Shown: one piece after another, positions 45,625 to 62,525 of the stretch
Position numbering within the stretch: the stretch's first letter is position 1
Layout of the letters: every line of letters begins with the position of its first letter
NCBI RefSeq assembly: GCF_009914755.1
Contig: NC_060938.1
Source of the DNA: the human T2T-CHM13v2.0 reference genome, Homo sapiens
Direction: 5' to 3' (one strand)
Length of the DNA: 64,000 nt
Made by a program: the position numbers and the translations under genes
Notes under the pieces: generated by a model
Databases searched by the model: none
What the model was told of the DNA's origin: nothing
What the model saw: the letters and a program-made list of their open reading frames with translations, nothing else

Positions 45625-48600
45625 ATGACACATCTCTGAACTGATCAACAAAGTGATGTAACACTTGTCTAGGCTCTGCCTACAGGGGCTTGGTGACATA
45701 TCTCTGCACTGATCACCCAGCTGATGGGACTTTTGTCTAGGCTCTGCCTATGGGGGTATTGTGACATATCTCTACACTGATCACCCAGGTGATGTAACAC
45801 TTTTGTTGGATCTGCCTATGGGGGCATTGTGACATATTTCTGCACTGATCACCCAGGTGATGGGACTCTTGTCTAGGCTTTGTGTATGGGGGCTTTGTGA
45901 CATATCTGCACTGATCACCCGGGTGATGTAACGCTTGACTAGGCTCTGCCTACGGGGCATAGTGACATATCTTTGCATTGCATTGAACACCGAGGTGATG
46001 TAACTCTCGCTTATGCTCTGCCTGCAGGGGCATTGTGAAATATCTCTACACTGATCACCCGGGTGATGGGACTCTTCTCTAGTCTCTGCCTACTGGGGGC
46101 ATTGTCACATATTTCTGCACTGATCACCTAGGTAACAGTAAATTTTATTGGATTTGCCTATAGGGGCATTGTGAGATATCTCAGCACTGATCACCCAGGT
46201 GATGTAACACTGGTCTAAGCTCTGCCTAAGGGGGCATTGTGACAGATCTCTGCACTGATCACTCAGGTGATGTAACTCTTGTCTAGGCTCTGTCTACAGG
46301 GATTTTTGTGACATATCACTGCACTGATCATCTAGGTGATGAAAGCCTTGTGTGGGCTTTTTCTACAGAAGGCTTTGTGACATAAATATGAACTGATCTC
46401 TGAGGTGATTCAACTCTTGTCTAGGCAGTGCCTACAGGGGACATTGGTACTTATCTCTACACTGATCACCCAGGTGATGGACCGTTGTCTTAGATCTCCC
46501 ATCATGGACATTGTGACACATCTCTGAATTGATCAACCAAGTGATGAAACTGTTGTCTAGGCTCTGCCTTCAGGAGCTTTGTGACACATCTCTGCACTGA
46601 TCACCTTGGGGAGGGAGCTCTGGTCTACACTCTGCCAACAATAGGCTTTATGACTTATACCTTCACTGATAACCTAGGTGATGTGACACTAGTCTTGGCT
46701 CTGCCTACACGGGAATTCTCACATATCCCTGCACTGATCACCCAGGTGACGGACTCTTGTCTTGGATTTGCCTATGGGGGCATTGTGAAATATCTCTGCA
46801 CTGATCACCCAGGTGATGTAACTCTGATCTAAGCTCTGCCTAAAGGAACATTGTGACAGATCTCTGCACTGATCACTCAGGTGATGTAAGTATTGTCTAG
46901 GCTCTGCTTAAAGGGGCCTTGCCACATATCTCTGCACTGATCACCCAGGTGATGTAACTTTTGTCTAGGCTCTGCTTACAGGGGATATTGTGACATATCT
47001 CTACACTGATCACCTAAGTGATGTAACATTTGTGTAGGCTCTGCCTACAGGGGCATTTTGACATATCTCTGCTCTGTTAACTGAGGCGATGTAACTCTTG
47101 TCTAGGCTGTGACCACAGGGGGATTGATACTTATCTCTACACTGATCGCGAGGTGATCCAACTCCTGCCTGGTCTCTGTCTACTGGGGACATTGGGACAT
47201 ATATCTACACTGATCTCCCAGGTGCCGTAACTTTAGTCTAGGCTCTGGCTACACGGCATTGTGACATATCACTGCACTGATCACCCAGGTGCTATAACTC
47301 TTGCCTAGGCTGTGCCTACAGGGTCTTGTGACATATCTCTGCCCTGACCACCCAGGTGATATAACTCTTCTCTAGGATCTGCCTACAGGGTGCTTTGTGA
47401 CATATCCCTGCAATGATCATCCAGGTGATATACAGCTTGTCAAGGCTCTGCCTACAGGGGCATTGCGATGTATCTGTGCACTGATCACCTAGGTCATGTG
47501 ACTCTTGTCTAGGCTCTCCTACAGTGGCATTGAGACATATCTCTGCACTGATCACCCAGGTGATGTAACTCTTTTCTAGGATCTGCCTTCATGGTGTTTT
47601 GTGACATATCCCTGCAATGATCACCCAGGTGATGTACCACTTGTCAGGGCTCTGCCTACAGGGACATTGGGATGTATCTCTGCACATATGACCTAGGTCA
47701 TATAACTCTTGTCTAGGCTCTGCCTACAGTGGCATTGTGACATATCTCTGCACTGATCATCCCAGTGATGTAACCCTTGTCTAGGAACTGCCTAAAGGGA
47801 CTTTGTGTCATAAATCTTCACTGATCATCCAGGTGATGGGGCTTTTGTCTAGGCTCTGCCTAAGGGGTTATTGTGACATATTTCTGCACTGATCATCCAG
47901 GTGACGGACTCTTGTCTTGGATCTGCCTATGGGGGCATTGGGACATATCTCTGCACTAATCACCCAGGAGATGTAACTGCTGTGTAAGCTCTGCTTACAG
48001 GGGAATTGTGAGAGATCTCGCCACTGATCACCCAAGTGATGTAACTATTGTCTAGGCTTTGCCTACAGGGGGCTTTGTGACATACCTTTGCACGGATCTC
48101 CGAGGTGTTGTAACTCATCTAACTTCTGCCTACAGGAGCTTTGTGGCATATCTCTGCACTGATCACCCAGGTGATGTAACTCTTTTCTAGTCTCTCCCTA
48201 AAGAGGGCATTGTGACATCAGTCTGCACGGATCACGTGGGTTATGAAACTCTTGTCTATGCTCTGCCTACGGGGCCATTGTGACTTATCTCTTCACTGAT
48301 CACGCAGGAGATGTGATTCTTGTCTAAGCTCTGCCTAGAGGGACATTGGGACATATCTCTGCACTGATCGCTGAGGTGATGTAAAACTTGTCTAGGCTTT
48401 GCCTACAGTGGGATTTATGAGATATCTCTTTACTGATACCCTAGGTGATGTAACTCTTGTGTAGGCTCTGCTTACAGGGGGTATTGTGACATATCTCTGC
48501 ACTGATCACCCAGGTGATGTAACACTTGTCTAGGCTCTGCCTACAGGGTCATTTTAACATATCACTGCACTGATCACCGAGATTATGTAACTCTTGTATA

Positions 48601-49676
48601 GGCTTCCCCGACAGGGGACATTGAGACATATCTCTGCACTGATCACCGAGGTGTTGCAACTCTTGTCTGGGATCTGCTAACACGGGGTATTGTGACATAT
48701 CTCTGCCCTGATCACCCAGGTGATGAAACTCTTGTCTAGGCTCTGCCTACTAGAGAAATTGTGACACATCTCCGCACTGATCACCAAGGTGATGTCACTA
48801 TTGTCAAGGATATAGCTACAGGGACATTGTGACATGTCACTGCACTGATCCCACACCTGATGTAACCCTTGTCTAGGCTCTGGCTACAGGGGGCTTGTGA
48901 CACATCTCTGCACTGATCACCCAGGTGATGTAACCCTTGTCTAGGCTCTGCCAAAAGGGGGCATTGAGACATAACTCTGCACTGATCACCCAGGTGATTG
49001 GACTCTTGTCTAGGCTCTGCCTACAGGGGCATTGTGACATATCTCTGCAGTGATCACGCAGGTGATGTAACTCTTGTCTATATCTGACTGCTGGCGGCAT
49101 TGTGGCATATTTCTGCACTGATCACCCAGGTGACGGACTCTTGTCTTGGATCTGCCTATGGGGGCATTGCGATATATCTCTGCACTGATCACCCATGTGA
49201 TGTAACTGTTGTTTAAGCTGTGCCTACAGGGGAATTGTGAGAGATCTCGCCACTAATCACCCAAGTGATGTAACTATTGTACAGGCTTTGCCTACAGGGG
49301 GCTTTGTGACATACCTTTGCACCGATCACCCAGTTGATGTAACACATCTAAGTTCTGCCTCCAGGAGCTTTGTGACATATATCTGCACTGATCACTAAGG
49401 TGATGTTACACTTTTATAAGCTCTGCATACAGGGAATTTTGACAAATATCTGCACAGATCACCTAGATGATGTAACTCTTGTCTACCCTCTGCCCAAAGG
49501 GGGCATTGTGAAATATCTCTGCACTGATCATACAGGTGATTCAACACTTGTCTAGGATCTGCTTTAAGGGACTTTGTGACATAACTCTGCACTGATCATC
49601 CAGGTGATGGGGCTTTTGTCTAGGCTCTGCCTAAGGGGGCATTGTGACATATTTTTGCAAAGATCACCCAGGTGAT
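45625..49676 (-). repeat. Beta-satellite block 7 (~60 monomers, inverted)
   Basis: 68-bp tandem repeat. Confidence 0.97.
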
Positions 49677-51169
<1,493 letters not shown>

Positions 51170-51845
51170 ATGACACATCTCTGAACTGATCAACAAAGTG
51201 ATGTAACATTTGTCTAGGCTCTGCCTACTGGGGGTTTGTGACATATCTCTGCACTGATCACCCAGGTGATGTAACCCTTGTGTTGGATCTGCCTATGGGG
51301 GCATTGTGACATATTTCTGCACTGATCACCTAGGTGATGCGACTATTGTCTAGGCTCTGTGTATGGGGGCTTTGTGACATATCTCTGAACTGATCACCCA
51401 GGTGATGTAACGCTTGACTAGGCTCTGCCTACGGGGCACAGTGACATATCACTACATTGATCACCGAGGTGATGTAACTCTTGTCCAGGCTCTGCCTATA
51501 GGGGGCCTTGTGACATATCTGTGCACTGATCATCTAGGTGATGTTACTCTTGCTTACGCTCTGCCTGCAGGGGCATTGTGAATGTACCTCTGCACTGATC
51601 ACCCAGGTGACGGACTCTTTTCTTGGATATGCCAATGGGGGCATTGTGACATATCTCTGCACTGATCACCCATGTGATGGATCTCTTATCTAGGCTCTGC
51701 TTACAGGGGGTATTGTGACATATCTCTGTACTGATCACCTAAGTGATGTAACTCTTGTGTAGGCTCTGCCTACAGTGGCATTTTGACATATCTCTGCACT
51801 GTTAAACGAGGTGATGTAACTTTTGTCCAGGCTGAGTTGTCTAGG
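51170..51845 (-). repeat. Beta-satellite block 8 (~10 monomers, inverted; ends at right inversion junction)
   Basis: 68-bp tandem repeat. Confidence 0.95.
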
Positions 51846-52923
51846 CAGCAGAGAACTGCCATTCTTTCCTGGGCATCCGTAGTGGGGCTGGTTCCGGTGT
51901 CCCCAGGTCGCCGGGGCGGCGGGGGAACCCCAAGCCGGGGCATCTCCACCTCGCCAGCACGTGCCCCCGGAGGCCTCCGCACAGCAGGGGCAGATGCAAG
52001 GCATCCTGGCTCCCTCCCAGGCGCACCAGGATCCTGGGTGCTCGTCTGCACACCCCTCTGGCATGCTGCTGGATGAGCTCCTGGCAAGCTCGGAGTTTTT
52101 GCAGCAGGCGCAACCTTTCCTAGAAACGGAGGCCCTGGGGGAGCTGGAGGCCTTGTAAGGGGCCGCCTCGATGGAAGCACCCCTCAGCGAGGAAGATTAC
52201 CGGGCTCTTCTGGAGGAGCTTTAGGACTTGGGGTTGGGACGGGTCAGGTCGGGGCAGGGCGGTGGCCTCTCTTTCGCGGGGAACACCTGGCTGGCTATGG
52301 AGGGGCGTGTCTTCCCTCTTCCTTCATCACCGTGCTGACCGGCCTAGGATTCCTGCCTTCTAGGTCTAGGCCCAGTGAGAGACTCCACCCAGTGGAGAAC
52401 TGCCATTCTTTCCTGGGAATCCCAGGGATCCCAGAGCCGGCCCAGGTAAAAGCAGTTGGGCCGCCTACTGTGCATGCGCGGGTTTGCAGGCCGCCACCTG
52501 TGCTGTGGGAGCAGCCAGGCGAGCTCTCCTGCCTTTCCACCACCCCATCCCCGCCTGACCTTCCCCTCCCCACCCCCACCCCGCACCCCAGGAAAATGCG
52601 TCCACCTGTGGGCTGGGTGGAGACCGCCATCCTGCAAAACACCAGGCCCACACAGCGTCCAGGCCAGACTCCCCTCCAGATGCATGCCTCCTCTTCCCTT
52701 CCGCGACACCATCGCTGGGCCGCCCGTGACCCTGAAGCCTCCCAGCTACCACCATGGAGCGCCTGGTGGCAGAACTCAGACATCTAGCTCTATTTGCCTA
52801 CCTCCTGGCTAGATCTACGCTCATTGCGCACCCCGGCTGACGTGCAAGGGAGCCCGCTGGCCTCTCTGTGCCCTTGTACATCCATGAAATTCCAGCTGAG
52901 GCTCTCCCAACAACTTGCGACAC
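51846..52923 (+). repeat. D4Z4-like unit J, 5'-truncated, preceded by a 33-bp exon-2 insert
   Basis: cagcagagaactgccattctttcctgggcatcc then gtagtggggctgg (CDS codon ~308) through to pLAM tail. Confidence 0.92.
51876..52224 (+). pseudogene. DUX4L: DUX4-like C-terminal fragment J
   Basis: [12 protein letters not shown]...[16 protein letters not shown], premature TAA 52156-52158, ancestral stop at 52224. Confidence 0.9.
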
Positions 52924-52990
52924 TCTTTAGTCAAAGCCTGGAGAATAGTTACAACTCCTGGATGATCAGTTCAGAAGTATGTCACAATGC
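52813..52990 (+). other. pLAM/exon-3-like segment J (no ATTAAA)
   Basis: ggctag|atctacgc...ttcagaagtatGTCACAatgc. Confidence 0.75.
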
Positions 52991-55900
52991 CCCCTTCCTG
53001 CGGAGGCTAGAGAAGATTTGCATTATTTGGGTGAGCAGTGCAGAGATATATCACAAGGACCCCTATACAAAAGGCCTGGAAATGATTTACATCACCTCGG
53101 TGATCAGTGCATAGGTATGTCACAATTCCCCAGTAGGCTGAACCTCGACAAGGGTTACCTCACTTAGGTGATCAGTGTAGAGATATGTGAAAATTCCCCT
53201 GTAGACAGAACCTAGACAAGTGTTACATCACCTAGTGATCAGTGCAGGGATAAGTCGTAAAGCCTCCTGTAGGCAGAGTGTAGAGAATTGTTTCCTCCCT
53301 GGGGTGATCAGTGCAGAGATATGTCACAAAGCCCCTGTAAGCAGAACCTTGACAAGGGTTACATCACCTCTTTGATCAGTGGAAATTTATATCACAAAGA
53401 CCCCTGTAGGCAAAGCCCAGACAATTGTTACATCACCTGGGTGAGCAGTGGAGAGATCTGTCACAATGGCCCTGTAGGCAGAGCTTTGACAAGGGTTATA
53501 TCACCTGGGTGATCAGTGCAGAGATATGTCACAACACTCCTGTAGGCTGAACCTAGAAAAGAATTACATCACCCGGGTGATCAGTGCAGACATATTTGAG
53601 AATTACCGTGTAGGCAGAGCCTAGACAAGTGTTACATCACCTAGGTTATCATTGCAGGTATAAGTCACAAAGCCTCCTGTAGGCAGAGCGTAGACAAGAG
53701 TTCCCTCCCCAGGGTGATCAGTGCAGAGATGTGTCACAAAGCCCCTGTAGGCAGAGCCTAGACAAGAGTTTCATCACTTGGTTGATCAGTTCAATGATGT
53801 GTCACAATGACCATGTAGGCACATCTAAGACAAGAGTCCATCACCTGGGTGATCAGTGCAGTGAGATGTACCAATGTCCCCTGTAGGCAGTGCCTAGTCA
53901 AGAGTTGCATCATCTTAGAGATCAGTGCATAGATATGTCACTAAGCCTTCTGTAGGCAAAGCACATACAAGGCATACATCACCTAGGTGATCAGTGCAGT
54001 GATATGTCACAAAAATACCTGTAGACACAGCCTAGAGAAGAGTTACATCACCTGTGTGATCAGTGCAGATATTTGACACAATGCCCCCATAGACAGAGCC
54101 TAGAAAAGACTTCCATCACCTGGGAGATCAGTGGAGAGATGTGTCACAATTCCCCCTCTCGGCAGAGTATAGAGAAGAGTCCCATCACCTGGGTGATCAG
54201 CGCAGAGATATTTCACAATGCTCCCTGTAGGCAGAGAGTGGACAAGAGTTACATAACCTAGGTGATCTGTGCAGAGCTATGTCAAAACACCCCTGTAGGC
54301 AGAGCTTAGATAAATGTTACATCACCTGGGTTATCAGGGCAGAGATACGTCACAATACACCCCGTAGGTGGAGCCTAGACAAGAGTTACATCACCTGGGT
54401 GATCAGTGGAGAGATAAATCACAATATCCCCTGTAGGTGGAGTCTAGACAAGAGTTACATCACATGGGTGATTAGTACAGAAATATGTCACAAAGCCCCT
54501 GTAGGCAGAGCCTAAACAGGAGTTACATCACCTGGGTGATCAGTACAGAAATATGTCACAAAGCCCCTGTAGGCAGAGCCTAAACAAGAGTTACATCTCC
54601 TTGGTTATCAGTGCAGAAATATGTCACAAAGACCCTGTAGGCCGAGCCTAGACAAGAGTTACATCTCCTGGGTGATTAGTGCAAAGATATATCACAAAGC
54701 ACCTGTAGACAAATCCCAGAAAATTGTTACAACACCTCCGTGATCACTGGAGACATCTGTCACAATTCCACTTAAGGCGCAGCTTAGACAAGCGTTACAT
54801 CACATGAGTGATCAGTGCCGAGATATGACACTATGCCCCCACAGTCAGATGTAAGACAAGAGTCCATCACCTATGTGATCAGTGCAGAAATATGTCACAA
54901 TTGTGCCAGTAGGCAGATATAGACAAGAGTTACATCACTTGTGTGATCACTGCAGAGACATATCACGATGCCTCTGTAGGCAGAGCCTAGACAAGAGTCC
55001 CATCACCTGGGTGATCAGTGCAAGTTATGTCACAATACCCCCTTTTGGCAGAGCCTAGACAAGGCTTAAATCACCTGGGTGATCACTGCAGAGATGTGTC
55101 ACAAGCCCCCTGTAGCCAGAGCCTAGACAAGGTTTACATCAGCTGTGTGATCAGTGCAGTGACATGTCACTATGTCCCTGTAGCCATATCCTTGACAAAA
55201 GTGACATCACCTTGGTGATCAGTGCAGAAATATGTCACAATGTCTCCAATAGGCAGAGCCTAGACAAGGGTTACATTACCTGGGAGATCAGGGCAGAGAT
55301 ATGTCATAAATCCCACTGTAGGCAAAGCCTTCGCACGTTTTACATCACCTCACCGTTCAGTGCAGTGATATGTCCCAATTTCCCTCTAGGCAGAGCTTAG
55401 ACAAGAGTCACATCTCCTGGGTGATCAGTGCAGAGATAAGTCACAATTCCCAAATAGGCAGAGCCTAGACAACAGTTACATAACCCGGGTGATCCGTGCA
55501 GAGGGATGTCACAATGCCCTCTGTAGGCAGAGACTAGAAAAGAGTTATGTCACCTGGGTGATCACTGCAGAGATATGTCACATGTCAACCTCTAGGAAGA
55601 GTAGAGAGAAGAGTCCCATCACCTGAGTGATCAGTGCAGAGATAATTCACAATGTCCCCTGCAGCAGACAGTGGACCAGAGTTACATAACCTAGGTGATC
55701 TGTGCAGAGCTATGTCAAAACGCCCCTGTAGGCAGAGCCTAGATAAATGTTACATCACCTGGATGATCAGTGCAGAGATATGTCACAATACCCCCTGTAG
55801 GTGGAACCTAGACAAGAGTTACATCACCTGGGTGATCAGTGCAGAGATATGTCACAGTAGCCCCTGTAGGTGAAGCATAGAGAAGAGTTACATCACCTGG

Positions 55901-58900
55901 GTGATCAGTACAGATATATGTCAAAAAGCCCCTGCAGGAAGAGCCTAAACAAGAGTTACATTACCTGTTTGATCAGTGCAGAAATATGTCACAAACCCCT
56001 GTAGGCCGAGCCTAGACAAGAGTTGATACATCTCCTTGGTGATCAGTGCAAAGATATGTCACAAAGCCCCCTGTAGACAAATACCAGAAGATTTTTACAT
56101 CACCTGAGTGATCAGTGGAGATATCTGTCACAATTCCTCTTTAGACGCAGCTTAGACAAGCGTTACATCACATGAGTGATCAGTGCAGAGATATGACACT
56201 ATGCCACCATAGGCAGATCCAAGACAAGAGTCCATCACCCGGGTGATCAGTGAAGATATATGCCACACTGCCTCAGGTAGGCAGATATAGACAAGAGTTA
56301 CATCACCTGCATGATCACAGCAGAGATATATCACAATGCCCCTGTAGGCAGAGCCTAGACAAGAGTCCCATCACCTGGGTGATCAGTGCCGAGTTATGTC
56401 ACAATGCCCCATTTAGCAGAGCCTAGACAAAGGTTACATCACCTGGGTGATCAGTGCAGTGATGTGTCACAAGCCGCCTGTAGCCAGAGCCTAGACAAGA
56501 GTTACATCAGCTGTGTGATCAGTGCAGTGACATATCACAATGCCCCTGTAGCCATATCCTTGAAAAAATATCATCATCTGGGTGATCAGTGCGGAGATAT
56601 GTCACAATGTCCCCTGTAGGCAGAGCATAGAGAAGAGTTGCATCACCTGGGTGATGATTACAGAGGTATGTCACAATGTCCCCTGTAGGCAAAGCCTAGA
56701 CAAGACTTACATCACCTCTGTCATCAGTTTAGTGATATGTGAAAACGCCCCTGGAGGCAGAGCCTAGACACTGTTTACATCACCTAGTTGATCAGTGCAG
56801 AGATATCTCAAAATACCCCCTATAGTCAGATCCTAGACAAGAGTTGAATCACCTGGGTGATCAGTGCAGAGATATTTTACAATGCCCCCATTGCGCCGAG
56901 GGTATACAAGAGTTACATCACCTAGGTGATCAGTGCTGAGATTTGTCAATATTCCCTGTAGGCAGTGTTTATAAAAGGGTTACATCACCTATGTGATCAG
57001 TGCAGAGATATGTCACAAAGCTCCTGTAGGCAGAGATTAGATGAGTTACATCACCTGGGTGATCAGTGCAAACGTATGACAAAAAGCCCCCTGTAGGCTA
57101 AGCCTAGACAATAGTTACATCACTTGGGTGATCAGTGGCAAGATCTCTCACAATTCCCCTGTAGGCAGAGTTTATACAACAGTTACATCACCTGGGTGAT
57201 CAGTGCAGAGTTATGTCACAATGTCCCCATAGGCATATCCAAGACAAGAGTCTGTCACTTGGGTGATCAGTGCAGAAATATGTCACAATGCCCCCTCAGA
57301 CAGAGCCTAGACAAAAGCCCCATCACCTGGATGATCAGTGCAGAGTTATGTCACAAAGTCCCTTTAGGCAGATCCTAGACAAGAGTTACACCACTGGGGT
57401 CATCAGTGCAGAGATATGTCACAATGCCACTGAAGGCAGAGCCTAGAAAAGAGTTACATGACATTGGTGATCGGTGCACAGATACATCGCAATGTCCCTG
57501 TAGGCAGAGCCTTGACAAGTCGAACATCACCTAGGTGATCATTGCAGGGATATGTCACAAAGCACCCTGTAGGCAGATCCTAGAGGAGAGTTATATCAGT
57601 TGGGTGATCAGTGCAGAGATATGTTGGAAGTCCCCTGTAGGCAGATCTTAGACAAGACTTACATCACTTGGGTGATCAGTGCAGAGATATGTCTCAATCC
57701 CGCTGTGGGCACAGCCTAGACAAGAGTTACATCACCTCGGTTAACAGTGCAGAGATATGTCAAAATGCCCCTGTAGGCAGAGCCTACACAAGTGTTACAT
57801 CACTTAGGTGATCAGTGCAGAGATATGTCACAATAACCCCTGTAAGCAGAGCCTAGACAAGAGTTACATCACCTGGGTGATCAGTGCAGAGATATGTGAC
57901 AAGGCCCCTTTAAGCAGAGCCTAGAAAAAAGTTACATCATCTGAGTGATCAGTGCAGAGATCTGTCACAATGACCCTTTAGGCAGAGCTTAGACCAGAGT
58001 TACATCACATGGGTGATCAGTGCAGAGATATGTCACAATGCCCCCATAGGCAAATCCAAGATAAGAGTCCGTCACCTTGGTGATCAGTGCAGAAATATGT
58101 CACAGTGCCCCCTTAGGCAGAGCCTAGACAAAAGCCCCATCACCTGGATGATCAGTGCAGAGTTATGTCACAAAGTCCCTTTTGGCAGATCCTAGACAAG
58201 AGTTACATAACCTGGGTGATCAGTGCAGAGATGTGTCACAATGCCACTGTAGGCAAAGCCTAGACAAGTGTTACATGACCTAGGTGATCAGTGCAGAGAT
58301 ACATCGCAATGCCCCTGTAGGCAGAGCCTACACAAGTGTTACATCACTTAGGTGATCAGTGCAGAGATATGTCACAATATCCCCTGAAAGCAGAGCCTAG
58401 ACAAGAGTTACATCACCTGGGTGATCAGTAGAGAGATATGTCACAATTCCCCCTGGAGGCAGAGCCTAGAGAAGAGCCGCATCACTTGGGTGATCAGTGC
58501 AGAGATATGTCACAACGTCCCCTGTAGGCAGAGCATAGGGAAGAGTTGCATCACCTGGGTGATCAGTGCAGAGATATGTCACAATGTCCCCTGCAGGCAA
58601 AGCCTAGGCAAGATTTACATCACCTTTGTCATCAGTTCAGTGATATGTGAAAACGCCACAGTAGGCAGATCATAGACAAAGGTTGAATCACCTGGGTAAT
58701 CGGTGACATTTCACAATGCCCCTTTTGGGCAGAGGGTAGACAAGAGTTACATCACCTAGGTGATCAGAGCAGAGATTTGTCACAATTCCTTGTAGGCAGT
58801 GCTTATAAATGTGTTACATCACCTAAGTGATCAGTGCAGAGATATGTCACAAAGCTGCTGTAGGCAGAAATTAGATGAGTTACATCACCTGGGTGATCAG

Positions 58901-61900
58901 TGCAAAGTATGTGACAAAGCCCTCTGTAGGCAAAGCCTAGACAATAGTTTCATCACTTGGGTGATAAGTCTCGATATCTCTCACAATTCCCCTGTAGGCA
59001 GGGCTTATACAACAGTTACATCACCTGGGTGATCAGTGCAGAGATATGTCACAATTCCCCCTTAGGCAGAGCCTTGACAAAAGCCCCAAAACCGGGATGA
59101 TCAGTGCAGAGTTATGTCACAAAATCCCTTTAGGCAGATCCTAGACAAGAGTTACATCACTTGGATGATCAGTGCAGAGATATGTCACAATGCCACTGTA
59201 GGCAGAGCCTAGACAAGAGTTACATGGCCTAGGTGATCAGTGCAGAGATACATCGCAATGTCCCTGTAGGCAGAGCCTTGACAAGTGGTACATCACCTGG
59301 GTGATCATTGCAGGGATATGTCACAAAGCAACCTGTAGGCAGATCCTAGAAAAGAGTTACATCACCTGGGTGATCAGTGAAGAGATATGTCACAATGCCA
59401 CTGTAGGTACAGCCTAGACAAGAGTTACATGATGTAGGTGGTCAGTGCAGAGATACATCGCAATGCCCGTGTAGGCACAGCCTTGACAAGGGGTATATCA
59501 CCTTGGTGATCATTGCAAGGATATGCCACAAAGCACCCTGTAGGCAGATCCTAGAGAAGAGTTATGTCACCTGGGTGATCAGTACAGAGATATGTCACAA
59601 GAACCCTTTAGGCAGAGCCTAGACAAGAGTTATGTCACCTGGGTGATCAGTGCAGTGATATGGCACAATGCCGTGTAGCCAGAGGCTAGACTAAATTTAC
59701 TGCACCTGGGAGATCAGTGCAGAGATATGTCACAATATCCCCAGTAGGCAGATACTAGGCAAGAGTTGGATCACCTCGGGATCATTGCAGAGATAGGTCT
59801 CAATCCCCCTGTGGGCACAGCCTAGACAAGAGTTTCATCATCTCGCTTAACAGTGCAGAGATATGTCAAAATTCCCCTGTAGGCAGAGCCTACACAAGTG
59901 TTATATCACTTAGGTCCTCAGTGCGGAGATATGTCACAATACCCCCTGTAAGCAGAGCCTAGACAACAGTTACATCACTAGGGTGATCAGTGCAGAGATA
60001 TGTCACAATGCCCCCTGGAGGCAGAGCATAGAGAAGAGCTGCATCACCTGGGTGATCAGTGAAGACATATGTCACAATATCCCCCGTAGGCAGAGCATAG
60101 AGAAGAGTTGCATCACCTGGGTGATCAGTGCAGAGATATGTCACAATGTCCCCTGTAGGCAAATCCTAGGCAAGAGTTACATCACCTTTGTCATTCAATT
60201 CAGGGATATGTGAAAACGCCACTGTAGGCAAATCCTAGACTGGAGTTGAATCACCTGGGTGATCAGTGAAGAGACATTTCACAATGCCCCCTTGGGCAGA
60301 CGGTAGACAAGAGTTACATCGCCTAGGTGATCAGTGCAAAGATTTGTCAAAATTCCCTGTAGGCAGTGCTTATAAAAGCGTTACATCACCTAAGTGATCA
60401 GTACAGACATATATCACAAAGCTTCTGTTGGCAGAACTTAGATGAGTTACATCAACTGGGTGATCAGTGAAAACGTATGTCACAAAGCCCCCTTTAGGCA
60501 AAGCCTAGGCAATAGTTACATCACTTGGGTGATCAGTTTCGAGATCTCTCACAATTCCCCTGTAGGCAGAGCTTATACAATAGTTACATCACCTGGGTGA
60601 TCAGTGCAGAGATATGTCACAATGCCCCCTTAGGCAGATCCAAGACAAGAGTCGGTCACCTGGGTGATCAGTGCAGAAATATGTCTCAATGCCCCCTTAG
60701 GCAGAGCCTAGACAAAAGCCCCAAAACCGGGATGATCAGTGCAGAGTTATGTCACAAAATCCGTTTAGGCAGATCCTAGACAAATGTTACCTCACTTGGA
60801 TGATCAGTGCAGAGATATGTCACAATGCCACTGTAGGCAGAAGCTAGACAAGTATTACATGACCTAGGTGATCAGTGCAGAGATACATCGGAATGTCCCT
60901 GTAGGCAGAGCCTTGACAAGTGGTACATCACCTGGGTGATCACTGCCGGGATATATCACAAAGCACCCTGTGGGAAGATCTTAGAAAAGAGTTACATCAC
61001 CTGGGTGATCAGTGCAGAGATATTTTAAAATGCCACTCTACGCAGAGCCTAGACAAGAGTTACAAGACCTAGGTGATCAGTGCAGAGATGCATCGCAGTG
61101 CCCCTGTTGGCAGAGCCTTGACAAATGGTACATCAGCTGGGTGATTATTGCACGGATATATCACAAAGCAATCTGTAGGCAGATCCTAGAAAAGAGTTAT
61201 ATCACCTGGGTGATCAGTGCAGAGATATGTCCCAAGCCCACTGTAGGCAGAGCCTAGAAAAGGGTTATATCACCTGGGTGATCAGTGCAGTGATATGTCA
61301 CAATGCCGTGTAGCCAGAGCCTAGAAAAGTGTTATATCACCTGGGTGATCAGTGCAGTGATATGTCACAATGCCATGTAGCCAGAGCGTAGACTAAAGTT
61401 ACAGCACCTGGGAGATCAGTGCATAGATATGTCACAATGTCCCCAGTAGGCGGAGACCAGGCAAGATTTGGATCACCTCGGGATCAGTGCAGAGATATGT
61501 CTCAATCCCCCTGTGGGCACAGCCTGGACAAGAGTTACGTCACCTCGGTTAACAGTGCAGAGATATGTCAAAATGCCCCTGTAGGCAGAGCCTACACAAG
61601 TGTTACATCACTTAGGTGATCAGTGCAAAGATATGTCACAATACCCACTGTTAGCAGAGCCTAGAAAAGAGTTACATCACTTAGGTGATCAGTGCAAAGA
61701 TATGTCACAATACCCACTGTTAGCAGAGCCTAGACAAGAGTTACATCACCTGGGTGATCAGTGCAGAGATATGTGACAAGGCACCTTTAAGCAGAGCCTA
61801 GACAATAGTTACATCATCTGAGTGATCAGTGCAGATATCTGTCACAATGCCCCTTTAGGCAGAGCTTCGACCAGAGTTACATCACCTCGGTGATCAGTGC

Positions 61901-62525
61901 AGAGATATGTCACAATGCCCCCATAGGGAAATCCAAGGCAAGTGTCCGTCTCCTGCGTGATCAGTGTAGAAATATGTGACAATGCCCCCAGTAGGCAGAG
62001 CCTAGGGGAGAGTCCCATCAGCTGAGTGATCAGTGCAGAGATATTTCGAAATGCCCCGGCAGGCAAAGCGTAAGCAAGAGTTACATCCACTAGTTGATCA
62101 GTGCAGAGATATGTCACAAGCCCCCCTATAGGCAGAGCCTGGACAAGAGTTACATCACCACAGTGATCAATGCAGTGATATGCCACTATGCCCCGTAGGC
62201 ACAGCCTAGTCAAGCGTTACATCACCTCAGTGATCAGTGCAGAGATATTTCACAAAGCCCCCATACACAGAGCCTACACAAGAGTCCCATCACCTGGGTG
62301 ATCAGTGCAGAAATATGTCACAATGCCCCCATAGGCAGATCCAACACAATAGTTTTATCACCTTGGTGATCAGTGTAGAGATATGTCACAATGCCCCCAT
62401 ACGCAGAGCCTAGACAAAAGTCCCATCACCTGGGTGATCAGTGCAGAGATATATCACAAAGCCCCTGTTGGCAGAGCCTAGACAAGAGTTACATCACTTT
62501 GTTGATCAGTTCAGAGATGTGTCAT
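52924..62525 (+). repeat. Beta-satellite block 9 (~141 monomers)
   Basis: 68-bp tandem repeat. Confidence 0.97.
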
